NCBI RefSeq assembly: GCF_004010195.1
Contig: NC_057714.1
Coordinates: forward strand, 24,361,097 to 24,425,096
Length of the DNA stretch: 64,000 bases
Reading direction: 5' to 3'
Source: Chiloscyllium plagiosum
Lineage: Eukaryota
Made by a program: the position numbers and the translations under genes. How positions within the stretch are numbered: position 1 is the stretch's first letter; each line of letters begins with the position of its first letter. Below, one piece after another: positions 11,010-23,003 of the stretch. The notes under the pieces were generated by a model that searched no databases, was not told the DNA's origin, and saw only the letters and a program-made list of their open reading frames with translations.

Positions 11010-12200
11010 TTTACAAAGTGAATGAGACAAGAACACAGTAAAATAGAGATACATGATTTGGATTTAATCGTCACTACATAGAAATGGTTATAAGATAACT
11101 AGATTTGAGACAGAAATGTTCCAGGGTACACAACATTGAAAAAGAGGATGACTTTCTAACAATAAAGTATATCACATAGAGAGTAGTGAGAAACATTATT
11201 AGTTCAGAAAATCAGGAATTAAAATCAACTTGGGGGAAGCTGAGGAATACCTATTAGCATAGTTTTATAGGAGATTTAACAATAGTTCTGCCATTGGACA
11301 AAATATTAGCATAAAGTAAGGAATAATTCAAGCTTGTAACAAATGCAATGTAGTAATTGTGGAAATATTTACTCTTCACATAAACTGGTTAAGTTAATGG
11401 GTAACAAGATGTCAAATGGAGTATAAAGTGAGTAAGTGTGAGATTATTTACTTTGGTAGTAAGAACAGAAAAACAGTACTTTTTAAAAGAATGAAACCTC
11501 TAAATGTTCATAGTTCATAAAAAAACATAAAATCGATATGCAAGTAGAGAAAGAAATCAGGAAGACAAATGGCATGGCGTCCTTTAATGCAAGAGGGTTG
11601 GAGTACATTAATAAGGAGGTCTTGCAACAATTGTACAAGGATCCATCCAGACTAAACCTGGAGCATGGTGTGCAATTCTGTTCTCCATACTTAAGGAAAA
11701 ATATATTTGCATTTGAGATGGTGCCCTGAAAATTCATCAACTTGGTATCTGAGATGAGAGTGCTTTCCTATTCAGGAGGCAGGGTAAATTAAGCCTATAG
11801 TGTCTGGAATTTAGAAGAATGAGATAATCTAATGGAAACATACCAGATTCTGAAGGAGACCAGCAGAGTAAGCAGTGATGGGGTTGCTTCCCCACATTGG
11901 GAAACCAGATCACAGAGGCATAACCTTAATATAAGAATCTGGTCTCAGGACTGAGATCAGAAGAAGCTGCTTCATTCAGAAGGTTCTTTGTCTTGGGAAT
12001 TTGTTACCCCAGAGAGTTCGAATGTTCTGTTGTTAGGTATTTTGAAGGCTGACACAGACAGATTTTGGTCTCCCTGAAAATCAAGGGCAAAATAGTGGAA
12101 AAGTGGAACTTAGGCAGAAGATTAGCGATGATCATATAAAATGTTAGAGCAGATTCAAGGGGTTGAACAGTCTACCCATGCTACTATCTCTTATGTTGTT
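11010..12200 (+). mobile_element. Old CR1 ORF2 relic with internal deletion
   Basis: ORF 11538-11729 reads GLEYINKEVLQQLYK...LEHGVQFCSPYLRK, followed by a CR1 3'UTR. Confidence 0.8.
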
Positions 12201-12719
12201 TGGTAAAAAAGTCAGCAGATTAACCAATTGGATGCTCAGGATTGTCAGGTTTGGGCACTGGGGCTGGTAACAAGGTCCTGTTCTGGTGTCACTTCACTCA
12301 AAGGCAGGTGCTGCACCATCTCTGGATGTGCTGCCGCCTTGTTCAAAATGATTGCCTCAGCAACATTACAGATCAGAAGACACTTGTATCTCTCCGGTAT
12401 ATAAAGGAGCCAACCAATATGGTAGCAAGCATGGTAGACGGAATTCACCAGGTAACCCACTGGATGAGCGATGCCCCCCTGCAGGTTGTACTGCGGGCTG
12501 CACAAATAAGAAAGGAGGACCATTTCCCAAGGGACAGGATAATACCTGATCAAACATGAATGGAGATAGCACAGGAAGTCAGTAGCGACAAAGCTAAACC
12601 CACTACCAACAATAAAAATGGATACTATGCTGCAAATATATCACCAGTCTCCTTATCTCTGCATATTCCAGACGACCCTCCTCTTTTTGGCTTGCACTGG
12701 CAATGAGAGACAGTGCAGT

Positions 12720-13948
12720 TAATGGTGAATGTAACTCTCCTGTTTAAGAAGGAAGGGAGAATATTGGAAATTGTAGGTCGGTTAGACGGACCTTTCTTGT
12801 TTGTAAGATTTTAGAGTCCACTATTAAGGAAGAGATTGCAGAATACTTAGCAGTGCATGGTAAAATGGGGTTGAGCCAGCACGGCTTTGTCAAGGGGCGG
12901 TCATGTCTGGCAAGTCTGTTAAAATTCTTTGAGGAGGTAATAAGCAAGATAGACATAGGAGAGCCAGTGGACTTGATCTATTTGGATTTCCAGAAGGCTT
13001 TTGATAAGGTCTGTCAGGAGGCTGCTAACTAAGAGTCCATGGTGTTAGGGGCGATGTGTTGGCATGGGTAGAGATTGGTTGACTGGCAGAAGACAGAGAG
13101 AGGAGATAAAGAGGTCTTTTACAGGATGGTAGCCACTGACTAATGGAGTTCCAGAGGGTTAGTTTTGGGACCACAACCATTCACATTATACTTAACAATC
13201 TGGACAAAGTAACTGAGGGTATTGTTACTAAGTTTGCAGATGACACAAAGATAGGTGGAGGGGCAGACAGTGTTGAGGAAGTGGAGAGGCTGCAGAAGGA
13301 CTTACAGGCTAGGAGAGTAGGTAAGCAGTGGTAGATGGAATACAATGTGGGCAAATGTGAGATTGTATACTTTACAGGCATAGACTATTAACTAAATGGG
13401 GAAAGGATTTAAAAATCTGAAGCGCAGAGGAACTTGGGAGTCCTTGTTTAGGATTCTCTTAAAATTAACATGCAGGTTCAGTGGGCAGTTAGAAAAGCAA
13501 ATGCAATATTAGTATTCATTTTGAAAGGACTAGATTACAAAGAGCCAGGATGTCTGTTTGAGTCAGATCCATCTGCAATATTGTGAGCAGTTTTTGGTCC
13601 TGTATCTAAGGAAGGATGTGTTGGTCTTGGAGGGGATACAGAAGAAGTTAACAAGAATGATGCTGGGAATGAAGGACTTGTCATATGAGGAAAGGTTGAG
13701 GACTCAAGGGCTTAGAAGGGTAAGAGAGAATCCCATGGAAATTTGCAGAGGACTGGATAGAGCTGACTTGTAGAAGACGTTTCTGTTAGTAGGAGAGACT
13801 TGGATCCAAGGCTCAGTGAAGGAACAACCCTTTAGAACTGAGATGAGGAGTATTTTGTTCAGTTAGATGGTGGTGAATCTATGAAACTCATTGCAGCAGA
13901 AAGTTGTGGAGGCCAAGTCATTGAGTGTGTTTAAGATAAAGACAGATT
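12720..13948 (+). mobile_element. CR1 RT fragment (3' end resumes at about 15236-15350)
   Basis: LIYLDFQKAFDKV, TKFADDTKIGG, LQYCEQF..YLRKDV. Confidence 0.9.
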
Positions 13949-15225
13949 GTTTTGAAAAGTGTAGTTTGATTAGAAATACTCAGCATGGCCTTGAGAGGGG
14001 CAGGTCATGCCTCACAAGCCTTATTGAATTCTTTGAGGATGGGTCAAAACACATTGATTAAGATAGAGCAGTGGATGTAATGTATATAGATTTTAGCAAG
14101 GCATTTGATAAGGTTCCCCACGGTAGGCTCATTCAGAAAGGAGGCATGGGATACAGGGAAATTTGGCTGCCTGGGTACAGAATTAGCTAGCCCATAGAAG
14201 ATACAGGGTGGTAGTAGATGGAATGTATTCAGCCTGGAGTTCGAAGACTGGTGCCACAGGGATCTGTTCTGGGACCTCTGCTCTTTGTGATTTTTATAAA
14301 TAACTTAGATGAGGAAGTGGAAGGGTGGGTTAGCAAGTTTGCCGATAACACGAAGGTTGGTTGAATTGTGGATAGTGTGGAGGGCTGTTGTAGGTTGTAA
14401 CAGAACATTGCCAGGAAGCAGAGCTGGGCTTAGAAGTGACAGATGGAGTTCAACCTGGAAAAATGGGAAGTGATTCATTTTGGAAGGTCAGATTTGAATG
14501 CAGATTACAAGGTTAGAAGCAGAATTCTTGGCAGTGTGGAGGAACATACGGACCTTGGGGTCCACGACCATACATCCCTCAAAGTTGCCACACGAGTTGA
14601 TAGAGTTGTTAAGAGGGCAAATGTGGGAGTTGGCTTTCATTAGCAGGGGGATTGAGTTTAAGAACTGAGAGGGTATGCTGCAGCTCTATAAAGCTCTGAT
14701 TATGGCACTTGGAATATTGTGTGCAGTTCTGGTTGCCTCATTATAGAAACAATTTGGAAGCTTTAGAGAGGGTGCAGAGGAGATTTACCATGATGCTGCC
14801 TGGATTGGAGGGCATATCTTATGAAGAAAGGTAGAGGGAGCTAGGGCTTTACTCATTGGAGCGAAGAAGGATGAGAAGTGATTTGATCGAGGTATACAAG
14901 ATGATGAGGCATAGATAGAGTGGATAGTCAGAGACTTTTTCCCAGGGTAGAAATGGCTATCATGAGGGGGCATAATTTTACAGTGATTGGAGGAAGTTTT
15001 AGGGGAGATGACAGAGGTAGGATCTTTACAGAGAGAGTGGTTGGTGTGTGGAATGCACTGCCAGCAGTGGTAGTAGAGTCAGATACATTAAGCTCATTTA
15101 AGCGATACTTGGAAAGGCACATGGATGATAGTAAAATGAAGGGTATGTAGGTTAGTTTGATCTTGGAGTAGGATAAAAGGTTGACACAACATTGAGGGCC
15201 AAAGGGCCTGTACTGTGCCATACTG
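13949..15225 (+). mobile_element. Younger 5'-truncated CR1 nested in the previous copy
   Basis: [44 protein letters not shown] and FTERVVGVWNALP, with 3' end gggcctgtactgtgcc. Confidence 0.9.
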
Positions 15226-15859
15226 ACCAAAACAAAGGTTATTGATTAGTAACGGAAGAAGGCAGGACAATGGGGTTGAGAAACATATTAGCCACAGTTG
15301 AATAGTGGGGCAGACTTGACAGGCCAAATAGCCTAATTCTAATCCCAAATCCTACAGTAAATTGGGAAGGAGTGACCACTATGTTGGTGGCAAGGAAGTC
15401 AGTCAAAAGCAGATTCTGCCAGATGCAAGAGGAGTAGATGCTCATCCTTATCAAGTCCTTAGGGAGTGAACGTATGAGGGAGATATTCAGAAGTCCCCCA
15501 TTGTGGACCACTGGACCAGCATTAGCATAAGTGTTGTGCCAGTCTTCACGTGGATGCTGAAGGCCTCACCTATTGTGGTGCTTTGCTGTGTCCAGAACAA
15601 TAAAGCAGTGCAGAGGAGGGAGGCTTTGAATAATAAGGATATGTTTGATTGCTGCACCTCAGCTAACATGGAAGATGTTGAAGCTGGGTTGAGCAAGCCT
15701 AAAATGAAAACCATTGCTGAATTCCAGCTGGTGCAGAATGTCATAATGAACTAACAGATTTTTTCCAACAAACCAGCAGCTTTCAAGGCCACATCTTTCA
15801 CTGATGACTTCTATGAAATTCAATTTCATAATGTCCCTAGAATTTGCCAGTCCTGTACA

Positions 15860-16046
15860 CAGGTCGTTCTGCTATAACACACGTTTTGTTAACGCTAATT
15901 AGCTGTAACGTAATTGACGAATTGGGACACTTGTGTGTTGGCCGTAACGCAATTACATCAGCAACACGTTAAGCGCTGTTTCTAAAGTGTGATTTTTCTA
16001 CAATGTGGTGCTGCACAAGAACACCATGTTATGGAAGAATTACCTG
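15860..16046. mobile_element. Tc1/mariner (Tigger/pogo-like) MITE
   Basis: Terminal inverted repeats caggtcgttctgctataac and gttatggaagaattacctg. TA follows the right end, and CA precedes the left end. Confidence 0.7.
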
Positions 16047-16939
16047 TATAAACACTGCATTACCATACCTCTGTAGTGGAGCAAACTGAATTTCATCTCA
16101 AAATAAATGGAAGTGAATTTCAATGACCATTGATTATTTTTCATCCTTCACTATGTTAAATTGCATTGATCGCTGCAGCCAGTTTTTTGCTTATATATAT
16201 ATATATTGGCGACCTGCACAGCCTCTGACCATTCTTTCTGAACGTATGATCATGCGATTCTAAATGACTCATCCTCATATATAAGTAAATTGACAGTTTT
16301 TAAAAAAATAATTCACATAGGGCATGCTTAAATGGAGTTTCCACTTGTCAGACCTGAAATAAAAGCTACGTGAAGCTAATGAATTGGCTGTCAGCATGGG
16401 AGCTGGCCAGATTATCTGACAATGGAATTTGACTTGTAATGGAATATTTAAAGTGAGGTGGTATAAATCAAATGGCTGACAATCTGATTACTGAATAATT
16501 CTCTCCCTTTAGGGTAACTGTCTAAAATTTGTTCCTCTTGCAAATTTTACTGTTTCATTTTAAACAACATTTGTTAAAGTCCCTGGATAATATGAATATG
16601 ACCTGCAGTATGAACTAATAAAATGTTGTTAAAATGCAATACTTTTTCTTCCATAAGTGCAGATTTCTAATCTTAAAGAATCATCTTGTTTAAAATATTA
16701 TTTTTAAAAAATTTACACTGAAAAGAGTTAATTATGCTGTTTGTTCTTCAAATCATATTAAATTTGCTAGCTTAATCTTAAACAAAGTGCAAAGATTGTT
16801 GTTAATTAGTAGATTAAATAAAATATATTTCATAATCATACTGGAAGATGGCTGTATTTAACATTGCAAAACCAGGAGGAAAGAATTTGTATGTGGTATA
16901 ATTTATATTCAGATAAAAACTATGTAATATCATCTTAAA

Positions 16940-17580
16940 TATGCTTAAGGCAGGAGAGAAAGTTGTTGAAAATCAATATGGGATCCTTAACTTTTACAAT
17001 ACAGGAATTGAGCACGGAAGTAAGAGGTTTTGTTCAACTATTATAAAGCACCAGTTAAGCTACAGCTGGACTATTGTGTCTAATTCTGGACACTACAATT
17101 TCCAAAGATGTCAAGACCTTTTAGAAGGTGCAGAAGGGATTTACTAGAATGATTCCTGGGTTGAGTGGTTCAGTTCTATGGAGAGAGTGGAGAATTAATT
17201 TTGTTCTCCTCAGAGCAGAAAAGCAAATTTTCTTGAAGTGCTCAAAGTCAAAAATGGTTTTGATTGAGTAAAGTCGTGAAACAGTTTCCAGCAGCAGAAG
17301 GGTTGGTGATGAAAGGACCCAGATTGAAGGTTGTTGGTAAAGACCCAGAAATGACATGAGGAAACATTTTTATGTAGCGAGTTGTAGTGAACTGGAAAGC
17401 ACTGTCTGACAGGTGTTGGATGAGATTGAATAATAACATTGAAAAACAAAATGCTTGAACAGGAAAACATCATAGAAATTTGGGAAAGCACAAGAAAGTA
17501 GGAGTAATTAGATAGTCCCATCAACGAAGCATATTGGGCCAAATGGCCACTTTTTAGTATTGTATCCTATAATTCTATAA
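16940..17580 (+). mobile_element. Old CR1 3' fragment
   Basis: Degenerate L.YCV.FW, QKGFTRMIPGL and FF...VV..WKAL motifs. Confidence 0.75.
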
Positions 17581-17877
17581 GATAAAGATACTTCAATGCA
17601 ATAATGGCTCATCTTGGTGGCCTGTACCACAAACAATATCTTACCTTTGTGTTCTAACTGTAGCATAAGCCTGAGGCATTGCCCGTTTGTGGATGCCTGC
17701 TCAAAGCAAATAGTGCAGAAAAATCCCAGAGCTAATTTATGGGCCAAAAGGACTTGTAAAACATTGCACATTCAAAGATGCAGAACATCATTATGGAAAC
17801 ATGCTACTATATTATTACCTGTCACTGAAAGATAATTGCTGATGTGTTTTCCCAATACAAAGAGGAAAGTAGAGTAC

Positions 17878-17883
17878 AATATA

Positions 17884-17915
<32 letters not shown>

Positions 17916-17937
17916 AAAGTAAAATATATAAAATATA
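17878..17937. repeat. (TA)n microsatellite
   Basis: Directly visible AT dinucleotide run. Confidence 0.9.
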
Positions 17938-18509
17938 ATTAAAGCATTTTAGTGCTCTTTGACGTTATAATCATGAATCTCTGAGGCAAAAGCCAAGCTA
18001 CCTTATGCATTGTTCTCTGAAATACTGATTAAACTATAAGAAATTTTAAACTTTAAGCAGAAATAAAATATTATCGTGAATGGTAGCGTGTATTCAGTGG
18101 TAGTGATGGGCAGGCTGGGAATAAAGCCTCTTCAAATAGCCTCATGGTGATTGAGGCATGTCCATGAAATCTCACAATGGTTCTGCTTCCATTAAATAAG
18201 GTCAGAAAGTGACAGCAGCTTAGCTGATGCTGTGTTGCAAGTAAAAAAAATGATTTTTTTGGGGATAAATGCAAGATTTAGAAAGATTGGGTGTAGGGGG
18301 TGGAATTTGAAATGTAACCCAGAAGAACTGAACAATTATCCATGAAATAAAACAAAACAATCCGGGGAAGCCTGGATTCTTGCAATCAGCAGTGAAGCCT
18401 TGAAAATACCTGCAAGGCTTGGGAAGCTGCTTAGCTATCTTTAGTGAATGTATGAATGTAAAGAGTTGAAATGAAACATGAAATAAATTGGGAAAATGCA
18501 TCAGGTTGT

Positions 18510-18850
18510 GCAATGGTTATGTATCTGGACTAATAATCCTGAGATCTGGGTTTGTAACTGAAACGTGTGAATTTGCATATTACCATGATAGTCAGAGAAT
18601 TTGAATTTAGTTTTTTAAAAATCTGGATAAGAAAAGCTAGTATTAGCAAAGGTAGCCAGTACATCATTGGATTACCATAAAAATCCATTTGGCTTGTTAA
18701 GTGTCCTTTATAGAAGAAAACTGCAGCTCTATCTGGCCTGGTCTACATTTCACATCATCTTGACATCCACGCTAACATGATTGATCTCAACCGCCTTCCT
18801 AAGTGGACAAGCAAACCACTCAGTTATATCAATCTGCTCTAGTGGTTCTC
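18510..18850 (+). mobile_element. Ancient shark SINE-like repeat, second family
   Basis: Shares ctggactaataatcc...tgtcctttatagaag...ctggtctacat with 27270-27545(-), 27650-28080(+), 50975-51120(+) and 55690-55790(+). Confidence 0.6.
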
Positions 18851-18866
18851 AGAGCAACTCAGCATC

Positions 18867-19205
18867 ATAGAATCCCTACAATATGGAAGCAGGCTATTTG
18901 GCCCATTGAGTCCACAGTGACCCTCCAAAGAGCCTCCAACCCAGACCCATCCCTTTACCCTATCCCTGTAACCCTGCACTTCCCATGGCTAACCCAACTA
19001 GCCAGCATATCCCAGAACACTATGGGCAATTTAGAATGACAATTCACCTAATCTGCACATCTTTGGGCTGTGGGATCAAACCAGAGCACCGGAGGAAACC
19101 CACGCAGACATGGGGAGAATGTGCAAACTCCACACAGACAGTCACCTGGGATTGGAATTGAGCTGGTTTCCTGGAGCAAAACTAACCACTGATCCGCTGT
19201 GGCAC
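18867..19205 (-). mobile_element. HE1-like SINE
   Basis: atagaatccctaca...gagcaccggaggaaacccacgcagaca...ctaaccactga. Confidence 0.9.
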
Positions 19206-19416
19206 TAGCTGGGTGTCTGCCTGACTGGCAGAAGGCAGACAGTGTGGTAAAGGCATCTTCTCCAGGATAGCAGTGAGTGAAGTTCCGTGGGAATCGGTCA
19301 GAGTTGGGACCACAGTTATTCACATTATACATTAACAATCCTGATGAAGGAACTGAAGGAGTCATAAAGATAGGTGGAGGGACAAATAGTGTTGAGGAGG
19401 CTGGGATGGTGCAGGA
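19206..19416 (+). mobile_element. CR1 RT fragment
   Basis: WL..RRQ.V, SVLGPQLFTLYIN and KIGG motifs. Confidence 0.75.
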
Positions 19417-19544
19417 CTGATGGAGGTTCCTGCCCGAAATGTTGACTCTCCTGCTGCTCTGATGCTGCTTGACTTGCTGTGCTTTTTCCAGCTCCACATT
19501 TTATTGACTCTGACTTTCCAGCATCTGCAGTCTTCACTATCTCC
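19417..19544 (+). mobile_element. PLE pseudo-LTR monomer with degenerate hammerhead and tail
   Basis: Starts ctgatggaggttcctgcccgaaatgtt and ends ccagcatctgcagtcttcactatctcc. Confidence 0.8.
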
Positions 19545-19619
19545 AACAGTTTCGTTAAGAATAACTGACAGTGAGCATAAGCAATGAGGAGTTTTCATTA
19601 GTACGAAGTGTGCAAGGTT

Positions 19620-19923
19620 TTTTTAGATTAGATTCCCTACAGTGTGGAAACAGGCCCTTCGGCCGAACAAGTCTACACAGATCCTCCGAAGAGCAATCCA
19701 CCCCCCCTCTGACTAATGCACCTAACACTATGGACAATTTAACATGTCCAATTCACCTGGCTTGCATATCTTTGGACAGTGGGAGGAAACCGGAGCACCC
19801 GGAGGAAACCCACGCAGACATGGGGAGAATGTACAAACTCCACACAGACAGTCACCTGAGGATGGAATAGAACCTGAGACCTTGTGAGGCAGCAGTGCTA
19901 ACCACTGAGCCACCATGCCGCCC
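19620..19923 (-). mobile_element. HE1-like SINE with (TCTAA)n tail
   Basis: ttagattagattccctacagtgtgg...gcagcagtgctaaccactgagccaccatgccg. Confidence 0.92.
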
Positions 19924-20106
19924 ATTATAAACTTAGAGTTTAAGTCTTGGTTGTTAGAGATTGTTGGTAGTTGATTAAAGGGGTCTCTGGTGAATTGAGG
20001 AGAATGTGGTGCAATTGGTGGGATATGAACTTTGAAGATGCCTTTACTGACATTGACCATTTATGTTCAGTCCTTGGTCTTTCCGCACCATTCAGGTCAT
20101 CAAGGC

Positions 20107-20374
20107 TGGTAGGTGAGGACCAATGGGGTTCTGTCCTGGTTGCGATTGGAGGGGCGGGGCTCAAGGGCGGAGGAGTGGAAGTGAAGGAGATGCGGTGGAG
20201 AGCATCGTCGACCACGTCTGGGAGGAAATTGCAGTCTTTGAAGAAGGAGGCCATCTGGGTTGTTCAGTATTGAAACTGGTCCTCCAGGGAGCAGATGCGG
20301 CGGAGACGAAGGAATTGGGAATATGGGATGGCGTTTTTACAGGGGGGAGGGTGGGAGGAGGTGTAGTCTAGATA
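20107..20374 (-). mobile_element. Inverted PLE segment (RT thumb)
   Basis: Reverse complement translates YLDYTSSHPPPCKNAIPYSQFLRLRRICS...MASFFKDCNF, the conserved PLE RT C-terminal motif. Confidence 0.9.
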
Positions 20375-20395
20375 TGCGATGGAGATGAAGGAGTT

Positions 20396-21422
20396 ACCGC
20401 AATTTCCCCCCAGATGTGGTCGACGATGCTATCCACCGCATCTCCTCCACTTCCTGCTCCTCCGCCCTTGAGCCCCGCCCCTCCAATTGCCACCAGGACA
20501 GAACCCCACTGGTCCTCACCTACCACCCCACCAACCTCCAGATACATCGTATCATCCGTCGTAATTTCCGCCACCTCCAAACAGACCACACCACCAGGGA
20601 TATATTTTCCTCCCCTCCCCTATCAGGATTCCAAAAAGACCACTCCCTCTGTGACTCCCTCGTCAGATCCACACCTCCCACCAACCCAACCTCCACTCCC
20701 GGCACCTTTCCCTGCAACCACAAGAAATGCAAAACTTGCGCCCACACCTCCCCCCTTACTTCTCTCCAAGGCCCCAAGGGATCCTTCCATATTTGTCACA
20801 AATTCACCTGCACCTCCACACACATCATTTACTGCATCCGCTGCACTCAATGTGGCCTCTTCTATATTGGGGAGACAGACTGCCGACTTGCGGAACCTTT
20901 CAGAGAACACCTCTGGGACACCGGGACCAACCAACCCAACCACCCTGTGGCTCAACACTTCAACTCCCCCTTCCACTCCACCAAGGACATGCAGGTCCTT
21001 GGACTCCTCCATCACCAGACCATAGCAACACGACGGCTGGAGGAAGAGCGTCTCATCTTCCGCCTAGGAACCCTCCAACCACAAGGGATGAACTCAGATT
21101 TCTCCAGTTTCCTCATTTCCCCTCCTCCCACCTTGTCTCAGTCCCAACCCTCGAACTCAGCACCACCTTCCTAAGCTGCAATCTTCTTCCTGACCTCTCC
21201 GCCCCCACCCCCACTCCAGCCTATCACCCTGACCTTAACCTTCTTCCACCTATCACATTTCCAACGCCCCTCCCCCAAGTCCCTCCTCCCTACCTTTTAT
21301 CTTAGCCTGCTTGGCACACTTTCCTCATTCCTGAAGAAGGGCTCATACCTGAAATGTCAATTCTCCTGCTCCTTGGATGCTGCCTGACCTGCTGTGCTTT
21401 TCCAGCAACACATTTTCAGCTC
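20396..21422 (+). mobile_element. 5'-truncated Penelope-like (Neptune-type) retroelement
   Basis: GIY-YIG ORF, C-rich 3' region and pseudo-LTR with a CpG-decayed hammerhead at 21331-21358. Confidence 0.92.
20416..21174 (+). pseudogene. PLE ORF remnant: Cys-rich linker plus GIY-YIG endonuclease (open for 252 aa, N-terminally truncated)
   Basis: PLVLTYHP, CNHKKCKTC, FTCTSTHIIYCIRCTQCGLFYIGET, FREH, VAQHFN, RLEEERLI.RLGTLQPQGMN. Confidence 0.9.
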
Positions 21423-21449
21423 CTTCTGTTCTATCCCAATTAAGTAGTC

Positions 21450-22368
21450 TGTAAAAGTATTTTAAAAATTTTGTTTTGATTATGGACTAAATTGGGAAAA
21501 TGACTATTTTACAACAAAAGGCAGAGGAAGAAATGGCCATACTCTTAAATAAAACAGTGAAATTTATTTGGGTACTGCTGCTTTCTGAGATCTTGTAAGA
21601 GGAGATAGCATGGCACATGTGCATACAATGGCATGACAAAGAAAGTGAGAGTGGGCTGTAAACAGTTTGCTGATTGGTTTGTGGAGTTTTGACCAGTTAT
21701 GGATGCCAAAGGTCATCAACCTAGCAACAATTATTTGATTGGTTCATGGACAGCTGAACAACTTTGGGTGTGAATGATCCAGGGAAAATCCTTTGTACCT
21801 CTGGATGTGGAGCTGATGTGTGTGTCTCTCTCTTCAGTAAAATTCCTGCATTTAAGGAAAGCTGTTTGTTGCCTCCCACCAGCTGTTGCGAGTAACAAAT
21901 AAGTCAGATTTCAGAATTTGTGATTGGGTTGCTCTGTGCTTCCTTTGAAGAATTGAACAAACCTGGAGGAAAAGCTTGGAGAGCTAAAGGACTAGGGAAA
22001 GTAAATTAAAGGAATCCTTAGAACTGGTGCCATTGAATTGCTTCTCCAGTTTTTTATTTCCCTCCATCTATAACACTAATGTTTTCTTTTTGTTTATCTG
22101 TATTTGCCTGTAAGTGTATAAGGATGTTTTTAAAAGGGGTTTTGAGTTTGATAAGTGGTTATACATTAACAGTTCATGGTGTTTAGCTATAGTTAGTTTG
22201 TAATGCTCTTTTTAAGACCAGAAAGCTGGTTGATATTTTCTGTTAACTTGAGTATACCAGAAAGGTAAATCAGGGACTTTGCACACTTTGATAAAATGTT
22301 TAAGTTCTGTGACCACTCCTGGAATAGAGGGGTTTCATTTCCCCCTCACTCCTTAGTGAGGTATGACA
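21450..22368 (+). mobile_element. Possible solo LTR
   Basis: About 0.9 kb noncoding block ending ...gaggtatgaca, with a T-rich 3' half. The 5' TG end and TSD were not found. Confidence 0.3.
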
Positions 22369-22551
22369 TTAGTTATGTTCCTTTCCTATTACTTTTGGTG
22401 CAGCTATCCCACTTTCTTCTCCTTGCTTTCTCAGACATCCCTATATTGTATCCTACAATATTCACCACTTCTTTCCTTGTGTTTGTATCACTTTTGGTTG
22501 CATCTACTACCTTCAGTTTCCCAGTATGGATTGTTACTGTCACTTTCACCT

Positions 22552-22755
22552 GCTGGTTAGCTCAGCTGGTTGGACAGCTGGTTTGCAACATAGAATAATG
22601 CAAACAAGATGAGTTTAATTCCTGTACTAGTTGAGTTCATTGTGAAAGCCATGCTTCCTTAACTTTGCTGAAAGTACGGTGAGCCTCGGGTTAACCTCAT
22701 CGCCAATTGTTTCTCACTAATGAGAGAGTAGCCTCTGGAACTATGGTAACTGTCA
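22552..22755 (+). mobile_element. tRNA-derived SINE (non-HE1 family)
   Basis: A-box tagctcagctgg and degenerate B-box agtttaattcc, followed by a non-tRNA body. Confidence 0.6.
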
Positions 22756-22932
22756 CATTTCGGATGCCTTGCAGGCAGTTAATAGTCTCTAATCATGATT
22801 CCTTTTGCTTATTTTTAACTTATTTTTATTATTGTATTTGTTACCTTTGGTTTATATTACTGCTAATTTCAGTAACTTTTTCTTACACCTTCAGACTGAT
22901 GTTATTTTCATCAGACGCCCATGCACAGGTCT

Positions 22933-23003
22933 GGGTGGGGCAGTGTGGACTTGTTGGGCTGAAGGGCCTGTTTCTATACTGTAGAGAATCTAATCTAATC
23001 TCT
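22933..23003 (+). mobile_element. HE1 3' fragment with (TCTAA)n tail
   Basis: gtgtggacttgttgggctgaagggcctgtttc...tctaatctaatc. Confidence 0.8.

Noticed and set aside
20416-21174. GIY-YIG ORF as a domesticated host nuclease
   Set aside because: It is 5'-truncated, has no real start context, is embedded in a rearranged PLE, and the conserved Arg region appears mutated (RLAEPFREH).
22552-22630. tRNA gene-like sequence (also the HE1 heads)
   Set aside because: These are SINE heads with no complete cloverleaf, and they continue into SINE bodies.
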